A stretch of 64,000 nucleotides of DNA from an uncultured Desulfobacterales bacterium (GCA_964638145.1 CAZXAK010000041.1:6886-70885), one strand, 5' to 3'; shown: positions 1-10,691, counted from the stretch's first letter. Notes: generated from the sequence alone by a model not told the origin. Made by a program: numbers and translations.

Positions 1-3000
1 ACTGCAAAGATCAGTGCAGTGCTGGAAAATATCGTCTCGTATGAAAATGTCTCATACTCTGCCTCTGACAATGCCAACCTCGTATGGCGGAAGAGGGTGC
101 TACTGCCCATGACAATCCTGAATTTTGGGATGAGTGCATGGGCATCCTGTTATCCCTCCGATGGTTCCAGGGTGACTGACGAGGCCTTTCTGGGCCGCTC
201 TCTCGAGGAGCACGTCTTTTTTTATAAAGGATTTTCCACGCTTTTCATGACAGAGAAGCAGGGAGGTTCACCGTCTTCCATAGATGGCGACATGGCCCTC
301 CCTGCTGATTATAACGGGCTTTCAGTATACTGGAATCAGGACCGGCATTACGGTATTGTCTTTTGGTCTGCTCATGGTAGCAAGACAGCCATATACCGTA
401 AGTATCTGCCAGCAGACCGTGATTGTCCCATAAGTAACAACCTGTTCTATATCAGTCAGCCTGGTTCAGACATTAACAGTACGCATCCGGCGTTTGTTAT
501 CTCAAGTTCCTGCAACATTGGTTATCCAGAGGATAGTGACAGCCTTGGTTTTGAGTTGCTACACGGTGGTGCCGTAGGGGTTTTGGCCTCTTCGAGGACT
601 TCATGGTACTACGAGGGGAATTTTGCTGCAGGGCCTGATTTTGTCCCCAAGTCCATTGAATCTGAAGATATCAGGGCTACCTGTTACTACTTTGCCAAGG
701 ATTTGGCCACAAACATCCCGGCAGGAGATGCACTTTTTCGTGCCAAAGCGGCAAAAGATCTGTCGCGGGCCATGGCCTGGACCAACAACTTTGTGGCAAA
801 CCTCTACGGGGATCCTTCGCTCTCCATACTTCCATTTGCCACTGATGGCCCTGACAGTGATGGTGACGGCATCAGCGACAATGAGGAACTGTACGTCTAT
901 AACTCTGATCCCAACTCCCTGGACACTGATGGCGACGGCGTGTCAGACAGTGATGAACTCTATTACATGACCGGGGACTGGATGGTTGATCAGGATGGTG
1001 ACGGACTGAATGCCCTTAATGATTCCGATTCGGACGGTGACGGACTGTCAGATTTCATGGAGATAAATGTATTCCATACCAGGCCTGCACTTGCCGATTC
1101 GGACCATGATGGTCTTAGTGATTACGATGAGGTGAACAGGGATGGCGATCCTGCTGACCATACCCAGGGGGTTGATTCAGACCCGAACAACCCTGATACT
1201 GACCAGGACGGGGTCATGGATGGTGCAGATGCCAATCCCGTGGACCCGTCAGACAACAGGCCAAAGGCCAGTGCAGGGCCTGATCAATTTCTATCTGCCC
1301 GGGAGGACGGGACCGTGGTGAGCCTTGACGGGTCAGGCAGTATGGATCCCAACGGGGATACACTCCTGTACAGTTGGAGGATTATAAACAGTGTGAGTGA
1401 GCAACCAGGTACTATTTCTCCAAACTGTGCCATAACAGCAGTTTCAGCCCGGTTTGTGGCAAGGGTGGCGGCAGATTATGTGGTGAAACTCAAGGTGCGT
1501 GATGAAAATGTGTGGAGTGAGCCTGATCAGGTGATTATTCACATAAGACCTGTGATCCGGTCTGTTGAACCTGCTTCAGCGGGATGGGGCGATACTGTCA
1601 CCATTCATGGGTTTGGGTTCGACAGGGATGCCGGTGATAACAGTGTCACCGTAGATGGAAAGGTGGCAGAGATAACCTCAGCCGCATATGACACGATTCA
1701 GATTACCCTCCCCCCTGGCTGTCTCAATGGCCATGTGGTTGTGACTGTAAACGGGGTATGCTCTGAGCCCGCACATCTTCAGGTTGAATTACCTCCTGGC
1801 ACCTTTGTGCAGGCCCCTGCTGGCACTATTCCTGAGATAGAGACCTGTAGCCGGTCTGTGGCTATGGGTGATGTGGACGGTGATGGTGATCTGGATATGG
1901 TAGTGGCCAACATGGGCGGTTTGTCCCAGGATATTATGGACTATGATGATCCTGAGTGCAGTCTGATGGATCCTCAAAACAGGCTCTATCTCAATGATGG
2001 TACAGGCGTATTCATGGACATGACCTTTGGAGAGGATGGCCAGCCCATGACATCAGACGATAGGCTCCCTGTGGATACGGACCAGACTACAGATATAAAG
2101 CTGGTGGATATTGATGGAGATGGTGATCTTGACATGGTGACCGCAGTGCTGGGCAGGTACAGGCAGTGGGAGACGGATACGGATATGGATTACCGTAAAG
2201 AGTGTGTTGGCCAGGGTGGACAGAACCGTCTGTTGATAAACGATGGTTATGGCCACTTTGTTGATGAGACAGCCACCCGTCTCCCGGCACTTCTGGATCC
2301 TACCGTAAAGATCGCCATAGGTGACTTTGATGGGGAGCATGGTCCTGACATAGTATTTGGCAACTTCAAGGAGTGTGTTCCTGCCCAGGACAAGTGGCCG
2401 CAAAACGATGAGTGCTGCATGTACTGTGCAGACTGTTCTGATGCAAACTGCATGGACTATCCTTGGCTTCCGTGCTGCACAGGTGAGTGCGATTATTGTC
2501 AGTGTTGCCAGGACTGTTCCCTGTGCCCTGGTAACCCCGGCTGCCAGGACTACTATACCCCTGCCCCGTCTGTGGACCGCTTCTGTCTCAATGATGGCTC
2601 TGGTCATTTTACCGATGTTACCAGTGAGGTGTGCAGCGCATGCGGAGAGAGCGAGACATCGGCACTTGCCCTTGAGGATATGGATGGCGACGGGGATATT
2701 GACCTGCTTCGCTATGACACTAAGTATCACTGTCTGTATGTGTACAGTAATTTGGAAGGTGTGTTCATCCCTGATCTTCTGTACTCCATGGCCATTGCAG
2801 GGGCCATTTGGGTATCTGATCTGAACAGGGACCCAGAAGACCTTTCTGACATATTTGCTGTAGCCATAAATGGCTATCCTACATACATGGTGCAGGAGGA
2901 CAGCGGGTTTGTGGATCATTCAGTGGGTTCTCGTGATGACTGGCTTCCCCCTGACCTGGAGTGGAGTGATGTCGAGGGTGCAGAAACAGGCGTGCTGCTT

Positions 3001-3375
3001 GATGCAGACATGGACGGCGATCTCGATGTGGCCATTGGCACCGGAGGCGGCAGACCAAATATCCTGCTGCTCAATGACAACCTTGAGCCTGGCCATTTCA
3101 TCTTGGGCCATGGAATGCCATCAGGTGTTGAGACAGATACCCGTGGTATGGCAAGTGGAGATGTAAATAATGATGGAAGCCCTGATCTGTTTTTGGCAAA
3201 CCATGGCCGGAACATCCTGCTCCTTAATGTTACGCAGGTCTCGTCAGAGTTTGATCTTGATCATGACAGAGACGTGGATGGGGCTGATCTGTCCATTGCC
3301 ATACGGCAGTCCATGGGTACTGTGCCTGAAAAGGTCAAAGGGCTTGCTGCACTTTTGGGTCACACAGGTCTTTGA
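1..3375 (+). CDS. Large multidomain extracellular protein, 5'-truncated by the window: C25 (gingipain-like) peptidase domain, TSP3-like Ca-binding repeats, PKD-like and IPT/TIG domains, FG-GAP/VCBS repeats, C-terminal dockerin/EF-hand-like motif
   Basis: Frame is open from base 1 (track ORF starts at GTG 19). WSAHGS and SSCNIG match the C25 His/Cys dyad; repeated DxDGDGxSD; ASAGPDQ PKD start; repeated GDVDGDGDLD; terminal DLDHDRDVDGADL. Confidence 0.8.
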   Translation, partial: TAKISAVLENIVSYENVSYSASDNANLVWRKRVLLPMTILNFGMSAWASCYPSDGSRVTDEAFLGRSLEEHVFFYKGFSTLFMTEKQGGSPSSIDGDMALPADYNGLSVYWNQDRHYGIVFWSAHGSKTAIYRKYLPADRDCPISNNLFYISQPGSDINSTHPAFVISSSCNIGYPEDSDSLGFELLHGGAVGVLASSRTSWYYEGNFAAGPDFVPKSIESEDIRATCYYFAKDLATNIPAGDALFRAKAAKDLSRAMAWTNNFVANLYGDPSLSILPFATDGPDSDGDGISDNEELYVYNSDPNSLDTDGDGVSDSDELYYMTGDWMVDQDGDGLNALNDSDSDGDGLSDFMEINVFHTRPALADSDHDGLSDYDEVNRDGDPADHTQGVDSDPNNPDTDQDGVMDGADANPVDPSDNRPKASAGPDQFLSAREDGTVVSLDGSGSMDPNGDTLLYSWRIINSVSEQPGTISPNCAITAVSARFVARVAADYVVKLKVRDENVWSEPDQVIIHIRPVIRSVEPASAGWGDTVTIHGFGFDRDAGDNSVTVDGKVAEITSAAYDTIQITLPPGCLNGHVVVTVNGVCSEPAHLQVELPPGTFVQAPAGTIPEIETCSRSVAMGDVDGDGDLDMVVANMGGLSQDIMDYDDPECSLMDPQNRLYLNDGTGVFMDMTFGEDGQPMTSDDRLPVDTDQTTDIKLVDIDGDGDLDMVTAVLGRYRQWETDTDMDYRKECVGQGGQNRLLINDGYGHFVDETATRLPALLDPTVKIAIGDFDGEHGPDIVFGNFKECVPAQDKWPQNDECCMYCADCSDANCMDYPWLPCCTGECDYCQCCQDCSLCPGNPGCQDYYTPAPSVDRFCLNDGSGHFTDVTSEVCSACGESETSALALEDMDGDGDIDLLRYDTKYHCLYVYSNLEGVFIPDLLYSMAIAGAIWVSDLNRDPEDLSDIFAVAINGYPTYMVQEDSGFVDHSVGSRDDWLPPDLEWSDVEGAETGVLLDADMDGDLDVAIGTGGGRPNILLLNDNLEPGHFILGHGMPSGVETDTRGMASGDVNNDGSPDLFLANHGRNILLLNVTQVSSEFDLDHDRDVDGADLSIAIRQSMGTVPEKVKGLAALLGHTGL

Positions 3376-3539
3376 TGTGTTGGAGAGATACTTGCAGGAA
3401 ATTTTTCCACTTTCAGACCAAAAGGTTGTCACCTCCTTGCTGAGCAGGCCGTTACTTACTATCTTCCAAATCATGAATATGCATAAAATGTCATAGACGA
3501 ACGGTGCACCGGACAAGGGCACAGAAAGGAACATTACCC

Positions 3540-3821
3540 ATGAAGACAAAACGTCAAGAGATAATAGATATTCTGAAACTTCGGTCCCTGAGCGCAAAAG
3601 AGATATCCCGCAATCTCGGTCTGTCAGAAAAGGAGGTTTATGCCCATCTGGAGCATATCAGACGCTCTCTTCGCTCTGAGGGGCTGAAGTTAAGCGTTGA
3701 GCCTGCCGTGTGTCTCGACTGTAATTATGAATTTTCAAAGCGTGACAGGCTGCAGCCACCAGGACGCTGTCCAAGGTGCAAGGGAACGCACATCAAGGAT
3801 CCTGAGTATTTTATAAAATAG
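3540..3821 (+). CDS. Predicted transcriptional regulator, HTH fused to Zn-ribbon (COG3357-like)
   Basis: RQEIIDILKLRSLSAKEISRNLGLSEKEVYAHLEHI HTH followed by CLDC...RCPRCK; ATG 3540 preceded by AAGGA. Confidence 0.8.
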   Translation: MKTKRQEIIDILKLRSLSAKEISRNLGLSEKEVYAHLEHIRRSLRSEGLKLSVEPAVCLDCNYEFSKRDRLQPPGRCPRCKGTHIKDPEYFIK

Positions 3822-3967
3822 GCTACTAAAAAGGCGGGTTTGGGAAAGTTGCATGAATAATGATTGTGCCCCTCGCTGGTTTGCCTGGTATGCAAGGGCA
3901 ATGAGACAGGCTACGCACTTTTCATGTCCTGAGGGGCAACCCTGTTGTCTCTGCTCACATGGTACCA

Positions 3968-4050
3968 GATTTGCTGCCTCGGAGTCTTAATTTACCTGTC
4001 TGGTACCTGAAGTACAGGTAGTATATCTGCATACCCCCCGCCTTGTATCT
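3968..4050. repeat. Interspersed repeat, internal module X only, no terminal repeats seen
   Basis: Reverse complement of 3997-4050 aligns to 22816-22868 at 41/53 positions with one gap (hand count); GATTTGCTGC at 3968 matches the GATCTGCT(G/T)C motif of the other copies. Confidence 0.75.
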
Positions 4051-4181
4051 GTAGCACCCTGCAAGCAGACAGATTTCAGACGGTTGTGCGATAATACCCG
4101 CAAATAACCCTGGGAGGAGTTACTGGACCCCCTGCAAATGTTGGGCAGGAAGGTCCTGATCACATGAACATTCAGGTTCTT

Positions 4182-4595
4182 TTAGAACGGTACATCGTCC
4201 TCGATGGGAGGTTCGGGTGGTTCGAGATCGCCGCCTGACGTTCCACCGCCAGTGCCTCTGTCCGCCCTGCCGCCAAGCATGAAGATGTCGCGTGCAATGA
4301 TCTCTGTGGTCCACCTTTTGTTTCCGTCACGGTCCTCCCATGAACGGGTCTTCAGGCGTCCTTCCACATATACCAGTGTGCCCTTGTTCATGTATTCGCC
4401 TGCCACCTCGGCGAGCCTGCGCCAGGCCACTACGCGGTGCCACTCGGTCTCTTCCTCCCATGTGTCTCCGCGTTTGATGGGAGAGCTGGTTGCAACGCTG
4501 AGTGTCGCAACCGGGGTGCCATCCTGGGTGTAGCGGATTTCTGGGTCCTGTCCAAGCCTTCCTATCAACATTACCTTGTTAAGATCTCGTGCCAT
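4182..4595 (-). CDS. ssb: Single-stranded DNA-binding protein
   Basis: LNKVMLIGRLGQDPEIRYT, EETEWHRVVAW, C-terminal DDVPF; start moved to ATG 4595 (AGGGAG upstream). Confidence 0.97.
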   Translation of the reverse strand: MARDLNKVMLIGRLGQDPEIRYTQDGTPVATLSVATSSPIKRGDTWEEETEWHRVVAWRRLAEVAGEYMNKGTLVYVEGRLKTRSWEDRDGNKRWTTEIIARDIFMLGGRADRGTGGGTSGGDLEPPEPPIEDDVPF

Positions 4596-4818
4596 GTCTC
4601 TCCCTTGTTTTGTTTGTGAGCATGTTACAGGACACCTCAAATAGAGAATCTGCTGACAGAGGGGTTTTGCAACTTGTAAGTTTTAAACGCATGGGAAAAG
4701 TACCATCTGCGTCTATGTGTCCTGTAGCATGATTTGTGAGATTAATGTTTGCAGAGTGCCATTTTACCATAGAGCAGGTGAGTTACACTACATTTCTATC
4801 CTATATGGCCATGCCACG

Positions 4819-5808
4819 CTATATGAATTTGAACTCACCCTTGCCCAGGAGGTCGTGAAGGTGCACTATGCCCACCAGCCTTGCGTTGCCCTGGACCACC
4901 GGAAGCACTGTTATCAGGTGGCGCTCCATCAGTGACAGGGCGTCTGCCGCCATGGTATCAGGTGTGACCCGTTTTGGGTCATGGGTCATGACATCTTCCA
5001 CTCTGAGGCCGCCAAGCTCACCCTTGAAGCGTAGCACCGCACGTCTCAGGTCCCCGTCTGTCACTATGCCTGCCACCCTCTCCTCTCCATCCAGCACGAG
5101 CACTGCACCGAGGCGTTTGGCATCCAGTTCCCGCATGGCCTCATCCATGGAGGTGCCTGACTTCACCACAGGGATGTCCGGGCCGGTGAGCATCACCTGG
5201 CCCACTGATACCTTGAGCCTTTCACCAAGGGAGCCTGACGGGTGGTTCCGTCTGAAGTCCTTTTCGCTGAACTCCCTGAGCTTCAGAAGTACCACTGAAA
5301 GGGCGTCTCCCACGGCAAGGGTGGCGGTGGTGCTGGCCGTTGGGGCAAGTCCAAGGGCGCATGCCTCTTTTTCCACTCCGGTATCAATCACCACCTTGCT
5401 GAGATGGCTCATGGTAGAGGTGATTCCCCCAGTCAGGGCTATTACAGGTATGTTCCTTGCTCGGAACGCAGGGAGCAGAGAGTTCAGTTCTGCTGTTTCA
5501 CCACTGTTTGATATGGCAAGCACAACGTCTCCGCTCATGACCATTCCCAGGTCCCCGTGCATTGCTTCCACCGGATGCAGAAACACAGACGGAGTACCCG
5601 TGCTGGCCAGTGTGGCGCTTATCTTTCGGCCCACAAGGCCTGATTTGCCAATGCCCGTTACCACCACCCGGCCTTTGGCATGGAGTATTAGCCGTACAGC
5701 CTCCACAAATTCAGGTCCGAGTTGAGCCTTTACCCGGTTGAGGCCCTGAATTTCGATGTCAATGGCCTGTCGCGCACTCTCCAGTATGGCGTCTTCTGTC
5801 AGGTGCAT
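4819..5808 (-). CDS. kdsD: KpsF/GutQ family arabinose-5-phosphate isomerase (SIS + 2 CBS)
   Basis: GIGKSGLVGRKISATLASTGTPS, EAMHGDLG, APTASTTA, C-terminal CBS pair; start at MHLTED is a best guess. Confidence 0.92.
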   Translation of the reverse strand: MHLTEDAILESARQAIDIEIQGLNRVKAQLGPEFVEAVRLILHAKGRVVVTGIGKSGLVGRKISATLASTGTPSVFLHPVEAMHGDLGMVMSGDVVLAISNSGETAELNSLLPAFRARNIPVIALTGGITSTMSHLSKVVIDTGVEKEACALGLAPTASTTATLAVGDALSVVLLKLREFSEKDFRRNHPSGSLGERLKVSVGQVMLTGPDIPVVKSGTSMDEAMRELDAKRLGAVLVLDGEERVAGIVTDGDLRRAVLRFKGELGGLRVEDVMTHDPKRVTPDTMAADALSLMERHLITVLPVVQGNARLVGIVHLHDLLGKGEFKFI

Positions 5809-5818
5809 GGTTTTATGG

Positions 5819-7282
5819 TTACTCTTCAAGCAGGAACTTTCCTGTATGCGAATCGGGTTCAAGGGGGTATTTGCCATTGAAACATGCCATGCAGAATCGG
5901 TCCGGGTTGCCGCCGGCAGCCTCTACCATGGCATCTATGCTGAGATAGTGCAGGCCATCCAGACCCAGGAACTGCCTTATCTCCTCAACGCTTTTTTTTG
6001 CTGCTATCAGCTCTTCTCTTGTGGGAAAATCTATACCGTAGAAACAGGGATAACGGGTGGGAGGGCAGCTCACCACCATCACGATCTCCTTTGCCCCTGC
6101 GTCCCGGATCTCCTTTACCCTGGTTCGGCTGGTGGTGCCCCGAATTACCGAGTCCTCCATGATGACGACCTTCTTGCCCCTTAGTACCTCACGCACCGGA
6201 TTGAGCTTTATACGCACGGAGAAATCGCGCATGGACTGGCTTGGCTGGATAAAGGTGCGTCCCACATAGTGGTTTCTTATGACAGCAAGTTCAAGGGGCA
6301 GGTTGGCCGCCTGAGCATAGCCTACTGCCGCATAGTTTCCTGAGTCAGGAAATGGCATTACGAAGTCAGCATCCATTGTTACCTCTTTGGTGAGGGCGGC
6401 CCCAAGGTCCTTCCGGAACTGGTAGACGTTCCTGCCAAAGATGTTGCTGTCAGGGCGGGCAAAGTATATGAATTCAAAGATGCAGTTTGACCTGTTCGGG
6501 GCCTGAAGGCCCTGTATGGACTGGAGGCCGTTGTGGTCGATGATGACTATTTCTCCACGCTCCACATCGCGCACATACTCTGCCTGTATGAGATCAAGAG
6601 CACAGGTTTCAGATGCCAGTACGTAGGCGTCGTTCATCCTGCCTATCACAAGAGGTCTGAAGCCAAGGGGGTCTCTGAAGCCGATTATCGCCTTTTCTGT
6701 CTGCATCACCACGGAGTAGGCCCCCTTGATGAGCTTCATGGCATTGATTATGGCCTCGTCGAGCCCTTTGGCAGATGCCTTTGCCAGGAGATGCACTATG
6801 ATCTCACTGTCCATGGTTGTCTGGAATATGGAGCCGTAACGTTCCAGCTCCTGCCTGATGGAATGGGCGTTCACCAGGTTGCCGTTATGGGCAACGGCCA
6901 TGGTGCTGCCTGCGTGATGCACGCAGAACGGCTGGGCGTTCTGGAGGATGGACGATCCTGTGGTGGAGTACCGGACATGGCCGATTGCGGCATGGCCGGT
7001 GAGTTCATGGAGGATATTCTCGTTGAATACCTCGCTAACCAGCCCCATGGCCTTGTGCTGGCGTATGGTCCTGCCGTCTGAGGCAACGATCCCGGCGCTC
7101 TCCTGTCCCCGGTGCTGAAGTGCGTAGAGTCCAAAATATGTCAGTTTTGCAGCTTCCGGATGACCGTATACCGCGAATATCCCACACTCCTCTGCTGGTC
7201 CTCCTGGACCACGGAACCACGGGGCTGGAAGGGTACATGAAGAGCAGCAATGGTTGTGAACTGTTTGATATCTGCCGTTCAT
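5819..7282 (-). CDS. purF: Amidophosphoribosyltransferase
   Basis: Propeptide then EECGIF, QHRGQESAG, GHVRYST, PRT loop EDSVIRGTT, C-terminal CMACF. Confidence 0.97.
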   Translation of the reverse strand: MNGRYQTVHNHCCSSCTLPAPWFRGPGGPAEECGIFAVYGHPEAAKLTYFGLYALQHRGQESAGIVASDGRTIRQHKAMGLVSEVFNENILHELTGHAAIGHVRYSTTGSSILQNAQPFCVHHAGSTMAVAHNGNLVNAHSIRQELERYGSIFQTTMDSEIIVHLLAKASAKGLDEAIINAMKLIKGAYSVVMQTEKAIIGFRDPLGFRPLVIGRMNDAYVLASETCALDLIQAEYVRDVERGEIVIIDHNGLQSIQGLQAPNRSNCIFEFIYFARPDSNIFGRNVYQFRKDLGAALTKEVTMDADFVMPFPDSGNYAAVGYAQAANLPLELAVIRNHYVGRTFIQPSQSMRDFSVRIKLNPVREVLRGKKVVIMEDSVIRGTTSRTRVKEIRDAGAKEIVMVVSCPPTRYPCFYGIDFPTREELIAAKKSVEEIRQFLGLDGLHYLSIDAMVEAAGGNPDRFCMACFNGKYPLEPDSHTGKFLLEE

Positions 7283-7287
7283 GATAT

Positions 7288-10200
7288 CTACCCCCTCTGC
7301 TCCCTGTTGTAGTACTCCTGCACAGGCTTGACCCTGAGCGTCTGGGATCTTAGTGCTGTTATGGCCATGGCCGCAGCCTTTGCCCCTGCAATGGTGGTGA
7401 AATACGGGATCTCAAACTCCAGGGCAGTGCGTCTGAGCAGGTAGGAATCCGACACGGTGTTCTTGCCACTCGGCGTGTTTATCACCAGGTCGATCTCTCC
7501 ATTTTTCATAAGGTCAACCACATTGGGCCGGCCCTGGGACACCTTGAATACACGCCGGTTTTCTACCCCCTTTGTCTTCAGATACTCCCATGTGCCGCGG
7601 GTGGCGATTATTTCAAAGCCGTTGTCCCTGAGGCTTCGCGCGATCTCCACAGAGGCCTCCTTGTCCCGGTCCCTGATGCTCAGGAAGGCGATGCCGCGTA
7701 CCGGCAGGTTCTGACCGGCAGCGAACTGGCTCTTGGCAAAGGCCATTCCGAAACTGGAGTCAATGCCCATGACCTCTCCGGTTGACTTCATCTCAGGTCC
7801 AAGAAGGGTGTCCACGCCGGGAAACTTCATGAAGGGAAATACCGATTCCTTCACTGATATGTGCTCTACCACCGGATCTTCCGTGAGGCCCAGGTCTTTC
7901 AGTTTTCTGCCTGTCATCACCTTGGTGGCGATCTTGGCAAGGGGTATGCCGGTTGCCTTGCTCACAAACGGCACTGTACGGGATGCCCTGGGATTTACCT
8001 CTATGACATAGAGCTGGTCGTCCTTTACTGCATACTGGACGTTCATGAGGCCAATGACGTTCAGTTCTGCCGCCATTGCCCTTGTGGCCTCCTTGATGGT
8101 ATCTATCATTGAGGGCTTGAGGCTGTATGGGGGAAGCGCACAGGCAGAGTCTCCTGAGTGGATACCTGCCTCCTCCACATGCTCCATGATGCCTCCGATG
8201 ACCGTGATGTCACCGTCTGATATGGCATCCACGTCAATCTCTGTGGCGTCTTCGAGGAACTTGTCTATGAGCACGGGATGCCCCTGTGACACGTCCACGG
8301 CCTCTGCCATGAACTCCGTCAGCTCGTCTGCGTCAAAGACTATGCGCATTGCCCTGCCCCCAAGTACAAAGGAGGGCCTTACCACCACGGGATAGGAGAT
8401 GGTGCGGGCGATTTCCAGGGCCTCCTCAAGTGTACGTGCAGTGCCGTTTGCAGGCTGGACCAGCCCCAGCTTGTTGAGCATGGCCTGGAACCGTTTTCTG
8501 TCCTCGGCCTTGTCAATACTGTCAGGGCTTGTGCCTATGATCTTTGCCCCTGCCTTCTCAAGGGCCCCTGCCAGGTTGAGGGGGGTCTGGCCGCCAAACT
8601 GGACTATGAGGCCGTCAGGCCTCTCTGTGTCAACTATGTGCAGCACGTCTTCCAGGGTGAGCGGTTCAAAGTAGAGTTTGTCAGATGTGTCGTAGTCTGT
8701 GGATACCGTCTCGGGATTGGAGTTTACCATGATGCTTTCAATCCCCTCCTCTGCAAGGGCAAAGGAGGCATGGACACAGCAGTAGTCAAACTCTATGCCC
8801 TGGCCGATACGGTTGGGGCCGCCGCCGAGGATCATGATCTTTTTCCTGTCTGTGGGGCGGCTCTCGTCCTCTGTCTCATAGGTGGAGTAGTAGTAAGGGG
8901 TGTATGCCTCAAACTCGGCAGCACATGTGTCGACCAGTTTGTAAACCGGCCTGATCCCCAGGTCCATTCGGCTTTGCCGTACCGTGTCTTCAGAAACTCC
9001 TGTGAGGTGGGCGATCTGAAAGTCTGAAAAACCCTCACGTTTGAAGTGGTACATGGCATCCCTGTCCTTCAGGACAGCATCTGTCCCTGCCTCCTTTGCC
9101 CTCTTCTTGATCAGATTGCCCTCCTGCCTGATCCTGTCTATCTGAAACAGGAACCACGGGTCGATGCTGGTAAGCTCGTAGAGTTCTTTGATGCTGAAGC
9201 CCTGCTGAAGTGCGAGCACTATGTAGAATATCCGTCTTGAGTTGGGGGTGCGGAGCCGGTTTATGATCTCGTTACGTTCCGGCAGCCTTCCGGACTTGTC
9301 CCACAGGTCCTGGCCATCAAAGGACATGCCGTAGCGGCCTATTTCAAGGGAACGCAGGCCCTTTTGAAATGCCTCCCTGAAGGTCCGGCCAATGGCCATG
9401 GTCTCACCTACGCTCTTCATGGAGGTGGTGAGCAGGTCTTCTGCAGCCGGGAACTTTTCAAAGGTCCAGCGGGGTATCTTTACCACACAGTAGTCAATGG
9501 TGGGTTCGAAGGATGCCATTGTCTCCCGCGTGATGTCGTTGGGTATTTCATCAAGGGTGTAGCCAATGGCGAGCTTGGCAGCGATCTTCGCAATGGGAAA
9601 GCCTGTTGCCTTTGAGGCCAGGGCTGAAGAGCGGGACACCCTTGGATTCATCTCTATGACTACGATGTCACCGTTGTCCGGGTTGACTGCAAACTGTATG
9701 TTGGAGCCCCCTGTCTCAACACCGATTTCCCTTATTATCGCGAGGGATGCATCCCGCAGTCGCTGGTACTCCCGGTCTGTCAGTGTCTGGGCCGGGGCCA
9801 CAGTGATACTGTCTCCGGTATGCACGCCCATGGGGTCCAGGTTCTCTATTGAGCAGATAATGACGCAGTTGTCGTTGCGATCCCGCATTACCTCAAGCTC
9901 AAACTCCTTCCACCCAATGACAGACTCCTCAAGCATCACCTCGTGTATCATGCTGAGGTCAAGCCCCTGCTTGCATATCTTCCTGAGGTCATCCTCGTTG
10001 TAGGCGATTCCGCCACCGCTGCCGCCAAGGGTGAAGCTGGGCCGCACGATCAGTGGATATCCGATCTTGTTGGCAGCCTCTATGGCCTGGTCCATGGAGC
10101 GTACTATCTCGCTCTCAGGGATGCGCAGGTTGATGTTGTGCATGGCCTGCCTGAACTGTTCCCTGTCCTCGGCCTTGTGGATGACCTGGCGGCTGGCGCC

Positions 10201-10548
10201 AATCATCTCCACTCCAAGTTCGTCGAGAACACCTGAGTCAGCCACCTTTACCGCGGTATTCAGGCCGGTCTGTCCCCCAAGAGTGGGGAGTATGGCGTCA
10301 GGACGTTCCTGTCGGATTATCCGCTCCACCACCTCAGGGGTGATGGGTTCGATATAGGTCCTGTGTGCTGTCTCAGGGTCTGTCATGATGGTGGCAGGGT
10401 TGGAGTTTACCAGAACCACCTCATATCCCTCTTCCTTCAGGGCCTTGCAGGCCTGGGTGCCTGAGTAGTCGAATTCGCAGGCCTGGCCAATGACTATAGG
10501 TCCGGAACCTATGATTAATATTTTTTTTAGATCTGTACGCTTAGGCAT
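7288..10548 (-). CDS. carB: Carbamoyl-phosphate synthase large subunit
   Basis: [30 protein letters not shown], duplicated ATP-grasp halves, MGS domain. Confidence 0.99.
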   Translation of the reverse strand: MPKRTDLKKILIIGSGPIVIGQACEFDYSGTQACKALKEEGYEVVLVNSNPATIMTDPETAHRTYIEPITPEVVERIIRQERPDAILPTLGGQTGLNTAVKVADSGVLDELGVEMIGASRQVIHKAEDREQFRQAMHNINLRIPESEIVRSMDQAIEAANKIGYPLIVRPSFTLGGSGGGIAYNEDDLRKICKQGLDLSMIHEVMLEESVIGWKEFELEVMRDRNDNCVIICSIENLDPMGVHTGDSITVAPAQTLTDREYQRLRDASLAIIREIGVETGGSNIQFAVNPDNGDIVVIEMNPRVSRSSALASKATGFPIAKIAAKLAIGYTLDEIPNDITRETMASFEPTIDYCVVKIPRWTFEKFPAAEDLLTTSMKSVGETMAIGRTFREAFQKGLRSLEIGRYGMSFDGQDLWDKSGRLPERNEIINRLRTPNSRRIFYIVLALQQGFSIKELYELTSIDPWFLFQIDRIRQEGNLIKKRAKEAGTDAVLKDRDAMYHFKREGFSDFQIAHLTGVSEDTVRQSRMDLGIRPVYKLVDTCAAEFEAYTPYYYSTYETEDESRPTDRKKIMILGGGPNRIGQGIEFDYCCVHASFALAEEGIESIMVNSNPETVSTDYDTSDKLYFEPLTLEDVLHIVDTERPDGLIVQFGGQTPLNLAGALEKAGAKIIGTSPDSIDKAEDRKRFQAMLNKLGLVQPANGTARTLEEALEIARTISYPVVVRPSFVLGGRAMRIVFDADELTEFMAEAVDVSQGHPVLIDKFLEDATEIDVDAISDGDITVIGGIMEHVEEAGIHSGDSACALPPYSLKPSMIDTIKEATRAMAAELNVIGLMNVQYAVKDDQLYVIEVNPRASRTVPFVSKATGIPLAKIATKVMTGRKLKDLGLTEDPVVEHISVKESVFPFMKFPGVDTLLGPEMKSTGEVMGIDSSFGMAFAKSQFAAGQNLPVRGIAFLSIRDRDKEASVEIARSLRDNGFEIIATRGTWEYLKTKGVENRRVFKVSQGRPNVVDLMKNGEIDLVINTPSGKNTVSDSYLLRRTALEFEIPYFTTIAGAKAAAMAITALRSQTLRVKPVQEYYNREQRG

Positions 10549-10559
10549 GGTTGATTTTT

Positions 10560-10691
10560 CCTAAATTGAGCCCTTCAAATCATGTGTAATTTGGTATGAT
10601 CTGCTGCGTTTAGGGCACTTGAGGTACTCCTGTACGTCAGTGTGTCCTCTGGCCTGCATCTCATGGGAACCTGGGAATCGTCCAATTTAGG
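10560..10691. mobile_element. 132-bp MITE-like element (end A + module X + end B) between carA and carB
   Basis: Terminal inverted repeats CCTAAATTG (10560-10568) and CAATTTAGG (10683-10691); its reverse complement aligns to 22786-22890 at 77/104 positions (hand count). Mobility is inferred. Confidence 0.7.

Noticed and set aside
4081-4181. 6S or SRP RNA downstream of ssb
   Set aside because: Lacks the SRP helix-8 motif and the long closing stem with central bubble of 6S.
4868-5725. 285-aa plus-strand ORF, and similar long antisense ORFs over carB, purD, serS, groEL and the MCP
   Set aside because: Shadows of well-supported genes on the opposite strand, with typical Ser/Pro/Arg-rich composition.
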